Below are positions 24,814-27,880 of a DNA stretch of 27,880 nt, in pieces (the stretch's first letter is position 1; each line of letters starts with the position of its first letter). Below the pieces are notes generated by a model that saw only the letters and a program-made list of their open reading frames with translations, was not told the origin of the DNA and searched no databases. A program made the translations under genes and the position numbers. The stretch is from Candidatus Rokuibacteriota bacterium (lineage in GTDB: Bacteria > Methylomirabilota > Methylomirabilia > Rokubacteriales > CSP1-6): contig JACPCX010000136.1 in the NCBI GenBank assembly GCA_016184305.1, forward strand, positions 1 to 27,880. Direction: 5' to 3'.

Positions 24814-24842
24814 TTGACTTGGCCACGGCACGTGGCTAGGGT
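24814..24842 (+). promoter_or_regulatory. Sigma70-type promoter of the cupin gene with palindromic operator in the spacer
   Basis: TTGACT (24814-24819) - N17 - TAGGGT (24837-24842); spacer holds GCCACG-GCA-CGTGGC (24822-24836). Confidence 0.55.
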
Positions 24843-24882
24843 TTGACCACCCGCAACCCAGACGACAAGGAGGCCGAGCGCC

Positions 24883-25251
24883 ATGCCTGTGCCCGTCATG
24901 AAGGGATACGCGAGCCTCGCGACGCTCCCCGAGGAGAAGGTCGGCGACAAGATCACGCGCAAGATCCTGGTGGGTGAGAAGGAGATGGTCGTGTTCTGGA
25001 AGATGAAGGCCGGCGCTCGCGCCGCCATGCACCAGCACCCCCACGAACAGATCTTCTGGTTGTTGTCCGGCCGGATGGAGTTCACCCTGGGTGGCGAGAA
25101 ACGGACTTGCGTGGCCGGCGACCTGGGCGTGATCCCCGGCAACACGCCCCACGAGGCCTCCTTCCCCGAGGACACCGAGGTCATCGACGTCTTCGCCCCG
25201 CCCCGGGCAGACATGTTCGAGGGCGGGGACACCTACCTCGGGCGGAGCTGA
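24883..25251 (+). CDS. Cupin domain protein
   Basis: HQHPHEQ..W..SG and G....IPGNTPH cupin motifs; AAGGAGG RBS. Confidence 0.92.
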   Translation: MPVPVMKGYASLATLPEEKVGDKITRKILVGEKEMVVFWKMKAGARAAMHQHPHEQIFWLLSGRMEFTLGGEKRTCVAGDLGVIPGNTPHEASFPEDTEVIDVFAPPRADMFEGGDTYLGRS

Positions 25252-25264
25252 GCCCGGCCCCTCC

Positions 25265-26748
<1,484 letters not shown>

Positions 26749-26752
<4 letters not shown>

Positions 26753-26964
26753 GCCTGCGCCCCGAGCAGATCAAGGCGCGCCAGCACCTCGACCAGAAGG
26801 GGAGCCGGCTGACCGCCGCCCAGCTCCGGGACCGCGTCGGCTCGGCGTTCGCGGCGATCGAGGAGCTGGACTGGAAGGCCTACGCCATCGTCTTCCGCCT
26901 GCACGTCCTCGATCACCTGAGCCAGATCAGGAAGACCCTGGCCGCCGCCCGCGCAGGAAGGTGA
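26749..26964 (+). pseudogene. Probable internally deleted DinB-like family gene relic
   Basis: 71 aa from GTG overlapping the thyX stop; helical N-terminus joined to a C-terminal LDWKAYAIVFRLHVLDHLSQI (HxxxHxxQI-type) end; the central His helix is absent. Confidence 0.55.
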
Positions 26965-26991
26965 CGGCGCCTCCCGCGGGGTGCTGCACAC

Positions 26992-27558
26992 TCAGCCGAG
27001 GATGTCCGGGATCGTGATGAGCAGATCGGGGAAGGCCTCGGGAGCGAACGCGGTGCCGCGCGCGAACCGTTCCGAGCGCCGATACCCCTCGGCCGTCGGG
27101 TGCCGGTAGGCCTCGACGCACCCGCCGTCGACGTCCACGATCCACGCCTCCCGGATGCCCGCCGCCGCGTAGAGGAGGATCTTGACAAGCCGGTCGTAAC
27201 GGAGCGAGGTCTCGGCGACCTCGACCAGAAGCAACACGTCCTCCGGCCGAACACCCGTCTCCCTGTAGAAGTCCGTGCGCGGCTTCAGCACCATCACGTC
27301 GGGCTCGGGCATCGAGTCCGGCGGCACGGGCAGGGAGCCCTGGGACGAGACGAGGACGCCCCGGCCCAGGCGCTCGACGAAGATCGCGTGCAGGGCAGCG
27401 ACGGCTGCGAAGTGGCGCCGGCCGATGGGTGTCATCTGGATGATCTCGCCGTGAATCAGCTCCACATGGTCTTCCCGGGTCAGGATCCCGGTCTCCACCA
27501 TTCGCTGATACTCGGCGACGGTCCAGAGCCGCCTCGCGAGTTCGATTTCGGTTGGCAT
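26992..27558 (-). CDS. Uma2 family (DUF820) putative endonuclease
   Basis: RRLWTVAEYQRMVETGIL, VELIHGEI..M.P, PEPD, LLVEVAETSLRYDR..K..LYA.AGI.E.W motifs; the family start fits ATG 27558. Confidence 0.9.
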   Translation of the reverse strand: MPTEIELARRLWTVAEYQRMVETGILTREDHVELIHGEIIQMTPIGRRHFAAVAALHAIFVERLGRGVLVSSQGSLPVPPDSMPEPDVMVLKPRTDFYRETGVRPEDVLLLVEVAETSLRYDRLVKILLYAAAGIREAWIVDVDGGCVEAYRHPTAEGYRRSERFARGTAFAPEAFPDLLITIPDILG

Positions 27559-27736
27559 GGCACGTGTATGTTGCCCGGGTTCCCGAGCGCTCGTCAAGAC
27601 GTATCCCGTCCGATACGTCTTCGCGTGGGCGGCCCACCCCTGCGCCTTCGCGACCTCGTCCCTGGCCTTCCGGAGCTCCTCCGGGTGGGCCAGCCGGTCC
27701 AGCGCCGTCATGGCCCATGTCTGGTCCGCCTGTGGT

Positions 27737-27757
27737 ATCCTTACCCGGAGTAAGGAT
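27737..27757. promoter_or_regulatory. Palindromic operator upstream of antitoxin gene
   Basis: ATCCTTAC-N5-GTAAGGAT perfect inverted repeat just upstream of RBS AGGAGGT (27764-27770). Confidence 0.65.
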
Positions 27758-27776
27758 TCTTCCAGGAGGTAATGCG

Positions 27777-27880
27777 ATGCAGGCGTCGACGATCACCAGC
27801 AAGGGGCAGGTCACGATTCCCAAGCGGATCCGGGACGTGCTCCGGCTGAAGCCCGGTGATCAGGTCGACTTCGCGGTCGA
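27777..27880 (+). CDS. AbrB/MazE/SpoVT family DNA-binding protein (likely antitoxin), truncated by window end
   Basis: Not in the ORF track. MQASTITSKGQVTIPKRIRDVLRLKPGDQVDFAV carries the SKGQVTIPK..R..L.L.PGD signature; strong RBS. Confidence 0.9.
   Translation, partial: MQASTITSKGQVTIPKRIRDVLRLKPGDQVDFAV

Noticed and set aside
26965..26991. Intrinsic terminator between convergent DinB-like and Uma2 genes
   Set aside because: The stem depends on several G-U pairs and has no U-tract on either strand.

Overview
Very GC-rich bacterial window (about 70% by eye). Gene content and style are reminiscent of Candidatus Rokubacteria/Methylomirabilota, which is an inference only. Left arm: a tolQ-tolR-tolA/tonB-tolB-pal operon (-), divergent from a tightly packed lgt / RNase Z-like / endonuclease V / orphan beta-class amino-methyltransferase operon (+). 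Next come a sigma54-type-promoted mlaC-like gene, a threonine-synthase-like PLP enzyme, a frameshifted CgeB-type glycosyltransferase and an NMT1/SsuA-type ABC importer. That importer converges on an uncharacterised LLM monooxygenase / enolase-superfamily / DHODH-like operon. Further right are a NarL-type regulator with a 1518-aa LytS-5TM/PAS/5xGAF kinase, DHDPS-like and 4-OT genes, a BamE-like lipoprotein, a cupin, a double-domain ThyX, a Uma2 nuclease and the start of an AbrB-type antitoxin. The right half holds several collapsed gene relics (ABC-ATPase::SBP chimera, mini-metE, mini-DinB, FAD-oxidoreductase tail, apparently 5'-shortened thyX), a perfect 42-bp palindromic direct repeat pair and a ~127-bp MITE-like hairpin element. 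No rRNA, tRNA, cas gene or true CRISPR array was seen.
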